The position numbers and the translations under genes are program-made. A DNA stretch of 48,208 bases from Bacteroidales bacterium (GTDB lineage Bacteria; Bacteroidota; Bacteroidia; Bacteroidales; Dysgonomonadaceae): positions 1 to 48,208 of the forward strand of contig JAAZMQ010000090.1 of the NCBI GenBank assembly GCA_012798745.1, written 5' to 3'. Below the pieces are notes generated by a model that worked only from the letters and a program-made list of their open reading frames with translations, made no database searches and was not told the origin of the DNA. This document shows, piece by piece, positions 10,036-20,471 of this stretch (its first letter is position 1; each line of letters begins with the position of its first letter).

Positions 10036-10611
10036 ATGAAGTTCGAAAAAGTACCGCTTCCTTATTCACCCGATGCTCTTGAGCCGGTTATTAGCAAAAC
10101 AACAATTGAATTCCACTATGGCAAACATCATCAGGCTTATGTGGATAATTTAAATAGACTGGTTGTAGGAACAAAGTTTGAAAATGCCGATTTGGAAACG
10201 ATTGTAAAAGAAAGTGACGGGGCTATATTCAATAATGCAGGACAAGTCCTGAATCATGATCTTTACTTTACGTCGTTTTCTCCAAACGGAGGTGGTGAGC
10301 CAAAAGGCAAATTGGCTCAAGCTATTGATGAACAATTCGGTTCATTTGAAAAATTTCAAGAATTATTTAACGAAGCCGGGGTTTCATTGTTCGGTTCAGG
10401 TTGGGTTTGGCTGGCTAAAGACGGGAACGGCAAACTTTCCATCGAAAAAGAAAGTAATGCCGGCAATCCGATAAGAAAAGGATTGATCCCGATCTTAGGA
10501 TTTGATGTATGGGAACATGCTTACTATCTCGATTATCAGAACCGCCGGGCAGACCACCTGAAAGAACTATGGAAGATCATAAACTGGGACGTTGTCAGCC
10601 AACGTTATTAA
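10036..10611 (+). CDS. sod: Fe/Mn superoxide dismutase
   Basis: LEPVIS, HYGKHH, NH, FGSGW.WL and DVWEHAYYLDYQN. Confidence 0.97.
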   Translation: MKFEKVPLPYSPDALEPVISKTTIEFHYGKHHQAYVDNLNRLVVGTKFENADLETIVKESDGAIFNNAGQVLNHDLYFTSFSPNGGGEPKGKLAQAIDEQFGSFEKFQELFNEAGVSLFGSGWVWLAKDGNGKLSIEKESNAGNPIRKGLIPILGFDVWEHAYYLDYQNRRADHLKELWKIINWDVVSQRY

Positions 10612-10651
10612 TTGAAAGCAGTTTATTCCGGTAGTGATACGTTTGATAAGG

Positions 10652-10686
10652 AAATAGAGACGCCGACAGCCGACGTCTCTATTTTT
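10652..10686. terminator. Probably bidirectional terminator between sod and pgeF
   Basis: AAATAGAGACG / CGTCTCTATTT stem between convergent genes. Confidence 0.75.
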
Positions 10687-10710
10687 ATTAAGTTAGGAAT
10701 GTAAATTTCT

Positions 10711-11520
10711 TTATTTCAGCATGATTCCCGACAACATCCTGCCGCAATGAATGGATTGTCGGCGGGCGGAAAAGAATAAATCCGAGTTTTCATAGGTACA
10801 CAAATCGGTTTTTTCTATCTGATTTTCAGGGATTCCTAACCGGATGAGTTCAAGTCGATTGATTTCTTTCAGGTCGATATGAATGTGTGATGAAGTACGT
10901 TTTCTGCAAGATGTTGTTGACAGATCGAACTTTTGTTTTGAAAATTCGATCTTGACATTTTCACCTATTTCATAATTTTTCATCGAAATTGCCGGACCAA
11001 TACCTCCTATGATATCATGGGGCAGAGTGTGGTAATTTTTTATCATCTCGTTGATGGTTTTTTCTACAATTCTCCCAACAGTTCCTCGCCATCCGGCGTG
11101 AATGGTTGCAATAGCGTGGTTTTTGGTATCATATAATAGGATAGGAACGCAATCGGCTGTTGTTACACACAAAAACAACCCTTTTTCTTGTGTAATGAGT
11201 GCATCAACACCGTAAAGAAGTTTATCTTGTTCGCAAAGAGGACGTTTGAGAAACGTGTGATCGATAGTCATTACGTTGGTTCCGTGTGTTTGATGAGGAA
11301 CGATGAAATCGCTTTGATCTTTGTGCCACATGCGGGCAAGAATATTTCGATTTCGGTAAATAGCAGCCGGATCGTCTTCAGAAAAATTACCGAGATTAAA
11401 AGATGAAAATGTTCCTTTGCTGACGCCTCCTGTTCTTGTTGTGGTAAAGTGTTCGATAGCTGATTCTTTTTTCAATAAATCAAACTGGAGCAAATTGGAA
11501 TATTCGGAATGAACTTTCAC
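10711..11520 (-). CDS. pgeF: Peptidoglycan editing factor PgeF/YfiH (laccase-domain, purine nucleoside phosphorylase-like)
   Basis: TTR.GG.S, QTHG, TADCVPIL, HAGWRGT, IGPAIS, CT and FFSARR motifs. Confidence 0.93.
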   Translation of the reverse strand: MKVHSEYSNLLQFDLLKKESAIEHFTTTRTGGVSKGTFSSFNLGNFSEDDPAAIYRNRNILARMWHKDQSDFIVPHQTHGTNVMTIDHTFLKRPLCEQDKLLYGVDALITQEKGLFLCVTTADCVPILLYDTKNHAIATIHAGWRGTVGRIVEKTINEMIKNYHTLPHDIIGGIGPAISMKNYEIGENVKIEFSKQKFDLSTTSCRKRTSSHIHIDLKEINRLELIRLGIPENQIEKTDLCTYENSDLFFSARRQSIHCGRMLSGIMLK

Positions 11521-11538
11521 TATGCTATTCGTTTTCTA

Positions 11539-12675
11539 TTAAAGCTTTTCATCGTAATAAGAGGTGTTTTCGTCTTCGTTTTCCTCCTTCTCCTCCTTCT
11601 CCACCTTCTTCTCGTGTTTAAGAGGAGCTATGTCTAGATTCCGATGAACCAGGGTGTCCTTTATTATTGCATGAGGATCAAAATCCTCGAAATCGAGTGT
11701 TTCCCAAAGAACATCTTTTAGCTTTTGGATGCCAAAACCTGTAATGGAGGAAATAAATACATAAGGAATATCGGGTAAATCTTCTGCAATCTTTTTCATT
11801 TGCTCTTCGTCGACCATATCCGATTTCGAGATGGCCAAAACACGACGCTTATCTGCCAGTTGGGGATTATATTGGATCAGTTCGTTCACCAGCATATCGT
11901 ATTCTTTACGGATATTTTCGGAAGTGACCGGTATAACAAAGAGCAGCAAGGCATTGCGTTCAATGTGTCTCAAAAAGCGCAAACCGAGCCCTTTCCCCTT
12001 ACTTGCCCCTTCGATAATTCCCGGTATGTCTGCCATTACGAACGATTTTCCATCTCGATATTCCACCATTCCCAAATTTGGTTCTAACGTAGTGAAAGGG
12101 TAGTCGGCAATTTTGGGTCTTGCTGCAGAAACTGTCGATAGTAGGGTCGATTTCCCTGCATTTGGAAAACCTACCAGTCCTACGTCGGCCAGAAGCTTTA
12201 GTTCTAAGATTACCCAACGTTCCTCTGATGGTTCACCGGGTTGTGCATATCGCGGTGTTTGATTGGTAGGCGATTTGAATCGTGCATTTCCTAGTCCTCC
12301 CTTTCCGCCTTTCAGTAGGATGACTTCTTGTCCATGCTCGGTTATGTCGCATAAAAATTCGCCTGTATCGGCATCATAAACTATTGTTCCGCAGGGTACT
12401 TCAATGATTTTACTTTCTCCTTTTTTCCCTGAGGATTGGTTGCGCGAACCACTTTCTCCGTGTCCTGCAAAAATATGGCGTTGATAGCGCAGGTGTAACA
12501 GCGTATGGTAATTACGGTTTCCTCGAAGGATGATATTTCCCCCGTCACCACCATCGCCTCCGTCAGGTCCACCTTTTGGGAGGTATTTTGCTCTATGGAA
12601 ATGGACAGAGCCACTACCTCCTTTTCCTGATCGGCAAAATATTTTTACATAATCAACAAAGTTAGATTTTGTCAT
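11539..12675 (-). CDS. obgE: GTPase ObgE/CgtA
   Basis: [26 protein letters not shown] and [10 protein letters not shown]; overlaps the adk stop by 4 nt. Confidence 0.97.
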   Translation of the reverse strand: MTKSNFVDYVKIFCRSGKGGSGSVHFHRAKYLPKGGPDGGDGGDGGNIILRGNRNYHTLLHLRYQRHIFAGHGESGSRNQSSGKKGESKIIEVPCGTIVYDADTGEFLCDITEHGQEVILLKGGKGGLGNARFKSPTNQTPRYAQPGEPSEERWVILELKLLADVGLVGFPNAGKSTLLSTVSAARPKIADYPFTTLEPNLGMVEYRDGKSFVMADIPGIIEGASKGKGLGLRFLRHIERNALLLFVIPVTSENIRKEYDMLVNELIQYNPQLADKRRVLAISKSDMVDEEQMKKIAEDLPDIPYVFISSITGFGIQKLKDVLWETLDFEDFDPHAIIKDTLVHRNLDIAPLKHEKKVEKEEKEENEDENTSYYDEKL

Positions 12676-13259
12676 TCTGTTTTCTCCGCCGCAACTTTGT
12701 CAACTGCTTCTGCAATGGAAGCAAAAATCTCTTCGATTGAGCCCTTTCCGGGAATTTCTATCAGTTTGCCTTGTTCGGCATAGAATTCCTTCAAAGGCGC
12801 AGTTTGGTTATAATAGACTTTTAATCGCGATTCAATGGTTTCGCGGTTATCGTCGGAACGCCCCATCAATTCGCCTCGTTTGAGAAGTCGGTCAATGAGC
12901 TCTTCATCGTCAACTTCAAGACTGATAACTATTGATATTTCTTTTCCATATTTTTTTAGGATTTTATCGAGAGCTTCTCCCTGAGCCAGCGTCCGTGGGA
13001 AGCCGTCGAAAATAAAACCCTTTGCATCGGGATTCTTTTTGATGGTATCTTCCAGCATACCGATGACTACTTCATCGGGCACCAATTGACCTTTAACGAT
13101 ATAACTTTCGGCCATTTTTCCCAAATCAGTTTTTGCGGCTATCTCTGCTCTTAATAAATCTCCCGTCGAGATATGTATCAAACCGTATTTATCTTTCAGA
13201 TAGCTACTCTGTGTGCCTTTTCCCGAACCGGGTGCTCCAAAAATAACAATGTTCAACAT
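12672..13259 (-). CDS. adk: Adenylate kinase (short LID type)
   Basis: [25 protein letters not shown] and R.DD. Start moved to ATG 13259 because the track's extension merely translates the AT repeat. Confidence 0.96.
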   Translation of the reverse strand: MLNIVIFGAPGSGKGTQSSYLKDKYGLIHISTGDLLRAEIAAKTDLGKMAESYIVKGQLVPDEVVIGMLEDTIKKNPDAKGFIFDGFPRTLAQGEALDKILKKYGKEISIVISLEVDDEELIDRLLKRGELMGRSDDNRETIESRLKVYYNQTAPLKEFYAEQGKLIEIPGKGSIEEIFASIAEAVDKVAAEKTE

Positions 13260-13279
13260 AGTTTGCCGTTTAATGATCG

Positions 13280-13298
13280 TATATATATATATATATAT
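13280..13298. repeat. (AT)9 dinucleotide microsatellite
   Basis: TATATATATATATATATAT between the adk -7 element (TATCTTTG on -, 13318-13311) and the adk start codon. Confidence 0.9.
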
Positions 13299-13382
13299 TT
13301 TTTTCTTTTCCAAAGATACACCATTTGTTCCTTTTTAAGGGAACAAACGCGAAAACGATTGAAGCTTTTTTATTTGAAAAAT

Positions 13383-13410
13383 AAAAACGACACGTTAAAG
13401 TGCCGTTTTT
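13383..13410 (-). terminator. Intrinsic terminator after tRNA-Cys
   Basis: On -: AAAAACGGCAC-TTTAAC-GTGTCGTTTTT (one G-U pair), followed by more T. Confidence 0.75.
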
Positions 13411-13421
13411 GCTTGTTCCAG

Positions 13422-13492
13422 AGGTACCTGGCGGATTTGAACCGCCGTAAACGGTTTTGCAGACCGCTACCTAGCCACTCGGTCAAGGTACC
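13422..13492 (-). tRNA. tRNA-Cys(GCA)
   Basis: Reverse complement GGTACCTTGACCGAGTGGCTAGGTAGCGGTCTGCAAAACCGTTTACGGCGGTTCAAATCCGCCAGGTACCT: GCA anticodon, U discriminator. A -7 element TATCTTTG lies at 13514-13507. Confidence 0.97.
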
Positions 13493-13552
13493 GATAATAA
13501 TTATTGCAAAGATAATACAATTTCCTGATTCCATAAAACAAAGGACGTTATT

Positions 13553-14920
13553 TTATGCAAATAGGTGTTTGAAAGCCTCCTCAACTTTTCGTACCGTTTC
13601 GATTTTTATCGCTGGTTTTGCTGTAAATCCTTTCAGGTTATTTGTCGGGATGAGAATATGTGAAAAGCCGAGTTTCTCTGCTTCAAGGATACGTTGCTCG
13701 ATACGGCTAACCGGACGAATTTCTCCCGATAGTCCTACTTCTCCGACCAAACAAATATTTCTGTCAATTGAGATATCGAGACTTGACGATAAAATTGCGC
13801 TGATTACCGATAAATCCAACCCGGGGTCACTTATACGCAAGCCTCCCGCTATATTTAAAAAAACATCCTTTTGCGAAAGTTTGAATCCTGCTCTTTTTTC
13901 CAATACTGCCAGCAGCATGTTCATTCTTCGAATATCGAAACCGGTGGAAGAACGTTGCGGTGTACCGTAAGCTGCGGTGCTTACCAGTGCTTGGGTTTCG
14001 ATTAAAAAAGGGCGAATACCTTCGATGACGGCAGCGATGCCTACGCCGCTTAAACCTTCATGGTTTTGGGTGAGCAGCAACTCCGAGGGATTTATTACTT
14101 CGCGCAACCCCGAGGAGTTCATTTCGTAAATGCCGACTTCGGATGTACTGCCGAAACGATTTTTGATGCTTCGCAGAATACGATACATGTAATGTTGGTC
14201 GCCTTCGAACTGCAAAACCGTATCTACAATATGTTCCAAAATTTTAGGTCCCGCAATGTTGCCTTCTTTGGTGATGTGTCCAATCAGAATCACGGGTATA
14301 CCCGATTGTTTCGCGAACTTTAAAATCGATACGGCACATTCGCGCACCTGCGAAATGCTTCCGGGCGACGATTCCAGTGCATCGCTGTAAACCGTTTGAA
14401 TGGAATCGATTACAACCAATCGGGGCAACGTGTTTTTGATATGTGTAAAAATCTGATCGAGGTTAGTTTCGCAAACTATAAGGCAGTTATCGTTTTGTAT
14501 TCCGATTCTGTCTGCACGGAGTTTTATCTGTCGGGCACTTTCTTCTCCCGACACATAGAGCGATCGAATGTGTTGCAGTTTCAGCAGAGTTTGCAGCACG
14601 AGGGTAGATTTTCCGATGCCCGGTTCCCCTCCGATCAACACCACCGATGCCGGAACGAGCCCCCCGCCAAGCACGCGGTTCAATTCGTTATCGATAAGAT
14701 TGATCCGTGGTTCTTCGTCGGCTTTTATTTCGCCAAGAGGCAATGGTTGACTTTTTATACCGGAAAAAGCACGCATATCTTCCTCTTTGGAGAGATCGTT
14801 TTTGCCAACGAGTTCTTCTACGAATGTTCCCCATTCGCCACAAGCCGGACAACGCCCCATCCATTTGGGTGATTCATTGCCGCAATTGCTGCAAAAATAA
14901 ACCGATTTGAGTTTTGCCAT
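13553..14920 (-). CDS. radA: DNA repair protein RadA/Sms
   Basis: C4 zinc finger CSNCG...CPACG, GEPGIGKST, DSIQT, KNRFG and a Lon-like C-terminus. Confidence 0.98.
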   Translation of the reverse strand: MAKLKSVYFCSNCGNESPKWMGRCPACGEWGTFVEELVGKNDLSKEEDMRAFSGIKSQPLPLGEIKADEEPRINLIDNELNRVLGGGLVPASVVLIGGEPGIGKSTLVLQTLLKLQHIRSLYVSGEESARQIKLRADRIGIQNDNCLIVCETNLDQIFTHIKNTLPRLVVIDSIQTVYSDALESSPGSISQVRECAVSILKFAKQSGIPVILIGHITKEGNIAGPKILEHIVDTVLQFEGDQHYMYRILRSIKNRFGSTSEVGIYEMNSSGLREVINPSELLLTQNHEGLSGVGIAAVIEGIRPFLIETQALVSTAAYGTPQRSSTGFDIRRMNMLLAVLEKRAGFKLSQKDVFLNIAGGLRISDPGLDLSVISAILSSSLDISIDRNICLVGEVGLSGEIRPVSRIEQRILEAEKLGFSHILIPTNNLKGFTAKPAIKIETVRKVEEAFKHLFA

Positions 14921-15108
14921 CGTTCTTTCTCGGCAAAGTTAGCGAATATTTGCAAGTCAAACGGTTAAAATGTGGGTATATGCTCTTGTTTTACCGTAAA
15001 AACCTTCAAATTATCATGAAATAAATTTAATTCGAAATCGATAGGGGATTCCTATTATTCTATTCGTTCGTAATTAGAACAATAAAAAGTGGGTGACAGT
15101 ATGTCTTT

Positions 15109-15729
15109 TTAGAATTCGATTTTCAATTGTTTTTCAACCAGTGTAAAACTTTTGCGGTGGTGAGGAGTGATGCCGTATTTTTTGATTGCCTCTCGATGCA
15201 ATGCGGTGGGATATCCTTTGTTTTGTGCCCAACCGTAATCCGGAAATTCGTTGTGAAGATTTTTCATGTATTCGTCTCGGTAGGTTTTTGCCAAAATGGA
15301 AGCAGCCGCTATCGACATGTATTTTCCGTCACCTTTTATGATACACGTATGAGGGATATTTTCGTAAAGACGAAAACGGTTCCCGTCCACCAGAATATGT
15401 TGTGGTCGCACGGTAAGCTTGTCTAATGCTTTGTGCATGGCTTTTATGGATGCCCTGAGAATGTTTATTTCATCGATTTCCTGAGGGGAGCATGAAGCCA
15501 CGCCAAAGCACAAAGCATGTTTTTCGATAAGGATTCGCAGTTCGTTGCGATCTTTTTCTGAAAGTTGTTTTGAATCGTTGAGCTTGGCGCATTTAAAATC
15601 GGGAGGAAGGATAACAGCGGCGGCAAAGACAGGTCCTGCAAGACATCCGCGTCCTGCTTCGTCGCAGCCTGCCTCCGTGCAATTGCTATACATACAGCAT
15701 GCCAGAGGGGGAAACGCTTTCGGCTTCAT
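15109..15729 (-). CDS. rnhB: Ribonuclease HII
   Basis: [28 protein letters not shown] and KGYPT..H; ATGA overlap with the upstream gene. Confidence 0.97.
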   Translation of the reverse strand: MKPKAFPPLACCMYSNCTEAGCDEAGRGCLAGPVFAAAVILPPDFKCAKLNDSKQLSEKDRNELRILIEKHALCFGVASCSPQEIDEINILRASIKAMHKALDKLTVRPQHILVDGNRFRLYENIPHTCIIKGDGKYMSIAAASILAKTYRDEYMKNLHNEFPDYGWAQNKGYPTALHREAIKKYGITPHHRKSFTLVEKQLKIEF

Positions 15730-16973
15730 AAGGCAAGCTCCACTTTATTGTCGGCTGGCGGGTAATCCAATTGGAATGTCGTCGGGTCGAAATTTTCCTG
15801 TCCCATTATTTTACTGAAAATTTTTATTGTCTGTACCATTTCTTCTGTAAGTTGTTCATCGCCGCAAACATGCAACAGGTTCATTTGAACAATAACATCA
15901 ACAAGCGCCTGTCGGATTTCTTCGGGCAGCGGTATTTTGAGGCTCTTGATTTTGGATGAAGCCGATTTTTTTGTTTGTTCACGGAGTTTTTCTTTGTATT
16001 CTTCTGCCAGATATGGTTTTGAAGGGATTGAATTTACAAGATGTGTGTTTATTTTCAAGGAATCATTTTCGAGGAGGATAAAGCGGTACGGAAATGGGTA
16101 TTGAGCCAGACTTCCGGTTTCCACATCGGTAATTGTATTTCCGGAGGCCGAGGTGTAAGAAGTGATGTCATTGGCATGGAAATGTCCTGTAAAAACAATT
16201 TTTAATCCGCTGTCTGCAAGAATTTCCGCATTTTTTTTCCAGTCATTAATCAGATATTCCGGGAAGAATGCGCTTTGATAAGGCATATGTTCCACTACGC
16301 CGTGGTGCATCATGCCGATTACGTTGATATTTTTTTCTTTTGCTTCGTGGAGAATTTCCAATGCCCATTGGAGAGTTTGAGGGAGAATTCTTCCGGATGA
16401 AAGGGAGGAGGTGCGGTATTCGTTATATCGATTGGTATCGAAACACAGCAGCCATAGAGAATCGTTTACGGAAGCAAGGTAGCTCAGCGAGGCGGTATCG
16501 CGCTTTACGGCTTTCCCGTAGCCGAAATCGGCATAGATTGCCGCAAATTCTTCGGGCGAAACGTTCTCTGCAGGTTCGGTTTTGTCTTCCATGTATTTTT
16601 TTGCCGTAGGAACATTGATGTCATGATTACCCGGAACAACAAATACTTGCGTTCCGTTTTTTGTTAGCGGCAGCAGTTTTTCCTTAAAATCCAGATGGCT
16701 CTGCTTTTCCCCGTCTTTGGTTATATCGCCGGGGATGAGCAAAATATCGGGAGATTTATCCAGCAAATCGGTTACTACTTCATCCAGTACCGCGTGAAGA
16801 TCTTCCGTATTTCTTCCTGTAGCCGTTTCGTATTTTTCCAAAGCAGTGCCTTTTCCTGCAAGTTGTGGCGAGAGATAATGCACATCGCTGACGACGGCTA
16901 TTTTTATCGGTTCTGTTGTCCAGACCGATACCCAAGAGATTAGAAAAAGCAGGATATATACAAATCGTTTCAT
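15726..16973 (-). CDS. Exported calcineurin-like metallophosphoesterase
   Basis: Signal peptide; DVH, GDIT.DG, GNHD, HH and GHFH motifs. Confidence 0.88.
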   Translation of the reverse strand: MKRFVYILLFLISWVSVWTTEPIKIAVVSDVHYLSPQLAGKGTALEKYETATGRNTEDLHAVLDEVVTDLLDKSPDILLIPGDITKDGEKQSHLDFKEKLLPLTKNGTQVFVVPGNHDINVPTAKKYMEDKTEPAENVSPEEFAAIYADFGYGKAVKRDTASLSYLASVNDSLWLLCFDTNRYNEYRTSSLSSGRILPQTLQWALEILHEAKEKNINVIGMMHHGVVEHMPYQSAFFPEYLINDWKKNAEILADSGLKIVFTGHFHANDITSYTSASGNTITDVETGSLAQYPFPYRFILLENDSLKINTHLVNSIPSKPYLAEEYKEKLREQTKKSASSKIKSLKIPLPEEIRQALVDVIVQMNLLHVCGDEQLTEEMVQTIKIFSKIMGQENFDPTTFQLDYPPADNKVELAL

Positions 16974-17125
16974 TGCAAGAAATCACAAATTGAATCGGTT
17001 TATCGGAGGGAATGGCTAGAAATGTTCCGATAACAATTCCAAAGGTAATCATTTTAAATCAACAATCCGATGAATCGAATCGGTTGCATAGGGAGTAAGG
17101 CAACCAACCGCAAAGTCCGGGGTTT

Positions 17126-18526
17126 TTATGAATTAAGCAATCGTTCAATTTCTTCAATATCGGCACGAAATCTTTTATCTACTTCGGCGAGATTTTTAAC
17201 GGCGTTGCAAGAATGGAGAACCGTGGAATGATTTCTGTTACCAATTTGAGCACCAATTTGGGAGAGGGATAGTTTGGTGTGTTTTTTAATGAAATACATA
17301 ATCACCTGGCGTGCCTGAACAATTTCTCTTTTTCTGGATGCAGAATGGACGAGTTCTTTTTTAATGTTGAAAAAATCACATACCGTATCCTGGATTTTTT
17401 GTACGGTGATGCGTTTTTTTTCGAATTTGAGGGTTTGTTCCATTACTCGTTTGGCAAGACTTATATCGATGTCGCGGTCGTTGATAATGGAATGTGCCAT
17501 CAACGAAACAATCACACCTTCGAGGTCGCGCACGTTATCGGTAACATTTTCTGCAATAAAATCGATGACTTCGTCCGAAATTGCCAGCCCATCGGAAAGT
17601 ACTTTGTGTTTCAATATTTTTTTACGCAATTCTTTGTCGGGACGTTCCAGGCTTGTTGTCAACCCCCATCGGAAGCGGGTTAGCAATCGTTCTTCCATTC
17701 CCAGCATATCTGTGGGAGCACAATCGGATGTCATTACCAACTGTTTGTTGTTTTGGTGGAGATGATTGAAAATGTGGAAGAATGTATTTTGTGTTTTTTC
17801 CAATCCGGAAAGTTCCTGAATATCGTCGATAATCAACACATCGATACCTTGATAGAAATTGATAAAGTCGTTGATGGTATTGAACCGTCGCGCATCGGTG
17901 AATTGCACCTTAAAGAGGTGAGCCGAGAGATAAAGCACTTTTCTTTCGGGATATCGATCGAGTATTTTAGAGCCGATAGCGTGGCAGAGATGTGTTTTCC
18001 CGACCCCCGAATTCCCATAGACGAATAAGGGATTAAAGGCAGTTTTTGCAGGATTTTCGGCTACTGCTTCTGCAGCCGTGCGTGCCAATCGGTTGCTTTC
18101 CCCTTCAAAAAAGTTATTAAATGTATATTTAGAATTTATTTGAGAATCGAATTCGGGGGTTTCTACCCGTTCGAAAGGGTTGGGAACTTTTATGGCTATT
18201 TTTTTTGCTATTTTTTTGTTTCCCGGTTGTGTTCGGGGTTCGCCCCGAAGTTCTACAGCTGTATTGGTTTCTGTTTCAATTAATACGCGATAGTTCAGAA
18301 TAGTGCCCTCCCCAATTTCGCGATAAAGTGTTTGTTGAATAAGATCAATGTATTTTTCCTCAAGATATTCATAAAAAAACTGACTTGGCACTTGGATTGT
18401 CAGCACGTTATCTTTATAACTTAAAGGGATAATTGGTGCAAACCAAGTGTTGAATGCAGCTTCGGAAATATTATCGCGAATGACGTTCAGACAGTTATTC
18501 CATAAAATCTTGAAATCTGCTTTCAT
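17126..18526 (-). CDS. dnaA: Chromosomal replication initiator DnaA
   Basis: FNTWF, YTF.NF, NPLFVYG.SGVGKTHL, IDDIQ, RDLEG and RNHSTVLH. Start moved to ATG 18526 (MKADFKILW). Confidence 0.98.
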   Translation of the reverse strand: MKADFKILWNNCLNVIRDNISEAAFNTWFAPIIPLSYKDNVLTIQVPSQFFYEYLEEKYIDLIQQTLYREIGEGTILNYRVLIETETNTAVELRGEPRTQPGNKKIAKKIAIKVPNPFERVETPEFDSQINSKYTFNNFFEGESNRLARTAAEAVAENPAKTAFNPLFVYGNSGVGKTHLCHAIGSKILDRYPERKVLYLSAHLFKVQFTDARRFNTINDFINFYQGIDVLIIDDIQELSGLEKTQNTFFHIFNHLHQNNKQLVMTSDCAPTDMLGMEERLLTRFRWGLTTSLERPDKELRKKILKHKVLSDGLAISDEVIDFIAENVTDNVRDLEGVIVSLMAHSIINDRDIDISLAKRVMEQTLKFEKKRITVQKIQDTVCDFFNIKKELVHSASRKREIVQARQVIMYFIKKHTKLSLSQIGAQIGNRNHSTVLHSCNAVKNLAEVDKRFRADIEEIERLLNS

Positions 18527-18639
18527 TGGTTTATTTAAAAATTGTTTTCTTGTCGTTTCTGAGTACAAATTTTGGGAATATTTTTCGGAAAAAAAAATGT
18601 GTTTCTTTATTGAAAAAGGACAACAAAGCACAGAATTAA

Positions 18640-18737
18640 TTATCAACCGGATAGCGTTAAATGTTTAAATATCAATTATATACAAAAACGCTACCCTGGC
18701 AAAACACTGAATATCAGTATTCCTATTAAGTGTATAA
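18640..18737. promoter_or_regulatory. Degenerate DnaA-box-like sites upstream of dnaA
   Basis: Compared with TTWTNCACA: TTATCAACC (18640-18648, 2 mismatches), TTATATACA (18676-18684, 1 mismatch) and TTATACACT on - (18737-18729, 1 mismatch). The background is AT-rich. Confidence 0.35.
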
Positions 18738-18882
18738 AAAAAGCTTGAAAATGCAATGCACTTCATTTTTATCACTTAAATACAATAATACGAATACTTT
18801 TGTGATTTTTATGTCCGGAACATCTATTTAGAGCGATTCTATTTAAATGTTTCTCGAGATAAAAGTCAACTATGCTTTAAAG

Positions 18883-19779
18883 TTAGAATAGACGCAATTT
18901 TACACTTAAATATCTCTTCGGATTTTGTCGTATGTCTTCCAGCAATTTTGTTGCGGTATTGATCGCAACCACTAAACTATCGTGAAGTTCCGAACCGTTT
19001 ATAAGTTTTCCTACAGAGTTATCGGTTGAATTTACTTTTTGAGAAAGTAAATTCAAATTTGTAATAGTTTCATCAAGCGATGCTAAGGTATTACCGAAAT
19101 CGGAGTCTTTCAATTCTTCGCTTACTTTTTTTAGATTATTGATTACAGTTGCCAGATCCTGAGTAATTTCAGGAATTTCTTCTCCTACATCAAAAACGAT
19201 TTTGTTTATATTTTGAGCGGTTGCCTGTAACTCGTTTATTGTGCTGTTTATTCCGTTGATGGATCTTTGCCATGCCGGGTCTGTAAGTAATTGGTTCAAC
19301 GCCATGACTGTGGAATCGATATGTAACAAAATAGAATCGGCTTTGGGGGCAATTTTTTCGGCGCTGTCCATCATTCCCGGTGCTCGTCCTCCGAGAAGTG
19401 TATCACCGGGATTCAAATAACGGGTGCCTTCGTTATTAATTTTCAGTCTAACCGATGAGCCGCCCAGCAGATCGGTACCAAACTCCAGTTTGCTTCCTTC
19501 TTTTATTTTAAATTCGTCATCCAATCGTATTTCTACTGCAAACTTCATAGGATCGGAACTGATCATCTTAATAGAACTGACTAATCCGACTTGATATCCG
19601 TTTACCAATACGGGCGACGAGGTGTTTAACCCCGAAACATCATCAAAAACAGCTATATAATTATTCTGTTTTTGGAAAATATTGATCCCTTTCAGAAAAT
19701 TAATGCCGAAGTAAATTATTGCCAGACTAACAACGAAAGATAATCCGATGGTTGCGGTTCTGCTTAATTTCAATTTCAT
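18883..19779 (-). CDS. MlaD/MCE family protein
   Basis: N-terminal TM with GINFLKG; FDDVSGL..SSPV.VNG.QVG.V MCE motif; helical region; DIRQNPKRY C-terminus. Confidence 0.92.
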   Translation of the reverse strand: MKLKLSRTATIGLSFVVSLAIIYFGINFLKGINIFQKQNNYIAVFDDVSGLNTSSPVLVNGYQVGLVSSIKMISSDPMKFAVEIRLDDEFKIKEGSKLEFGTDLLGGSSVRLKINNEGTRYLNPGDTLLGGRAPGMMDSAEKIAPKADSILLHIDSTVMALNQLLTDPAWQRSINGINSTINELQATAQNINKIVFDVGEEIPEITQDLATVINNLKKVSEELKDSDFGNTLASLDETITNLNLLSQKVNSTDNSVGKLINGSELHDSLVVAINTATKLLEDIRQNPKRYLSVKLRLF

Positions 19780-20044
19780 AAATAGTACTATTAACCCGTT
19801 ATGCGTTTAAGAATGTGACATAAAAAGTTGTCCATATATCTATATGGTAATCAACCGAATAAATATTACGGAATTTGCGTGCAAGTTACGAAAAAATTTT
19901 GAAACCCCTCCAAATAGAAGAAACAAAAAATGATTTTCCGGCTGCAACGGAACAAAATTTTATCTTCCGTACGGAAGCGGGATTAGCGTGTGCGAAAATT
20001 TCATCCTTTTTCGGAAGGCGCGCATTAATACTAACCCATACAAT

Positions 20045-20238
20045 TCCTCCGTCGGATTTTTCGGCGAGAGATAAAGAAAAGCAGTATCCTTTTTCTGAAA
20101 ATCCGACGGGCAAAAAACGGGTTTTTTTGCATAAAAACAGCCTTGGTTTGCCGCGAAACCGCTTTTATTTGTTAAAGCATATTATCTGAAGAGAGGTAAA
20201 TCGAAATTTTTGTATACATCGGGAAATCCGACGGAGGA
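20045..20238. repeat. Three-copy inverted repeat (core CCGTCGGATTT / AAATCCGACGG)
   Basis: TCCTCCGTCGGATTT (20045-20059) is the exact reverse complement of AAATCCGACGGAGGA (20224-20238). AAAATCCGACGG (20098-20109) is the exact reverse complement of 20049-20060. Confidence 0.8.
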
Positions 20239-20471
20239 TAAAAAATTTTTCCGTTGATCCCGGGGAACGATTTTCGGGCTTTATTTCCCTTTTTTACCGG
20301 ATATCGTTCAGAAAATCAGTAATTAATCGTTTCGAACAATACGAGCGGAGCAAAATCCGGCAGTTTCGTGTGTGTTAACGTTAATATATTGATCGCCTCA
20401 TACCCGCAGAAACAACGTGAATGACTTTTTACCTTAGGCAGCGAAAGACACAACGGATTATAATGTATGAA

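Noticed and set aside
13173-13970. 265-aa ORF on +
   Set aside because: It is antisense to adk, tRNA-Cys and radA, and has no recognisable motifs.
18826-18844. ATTTAGAGCGATTCTATTT, a Fur-box-like string between mlaD and dnaA
   Set aside because: Too degenerate in an AT-rich context and not tied to a clear promoter.
19875-20189. 104-aa (+) and 75-aa (-) ORFs in the amiA-mlaD spacer
   Set aside because: Non-ATG starts and no domain; PPSDF/ENPT simply translate the inverted repeat. Treated as non-coding.
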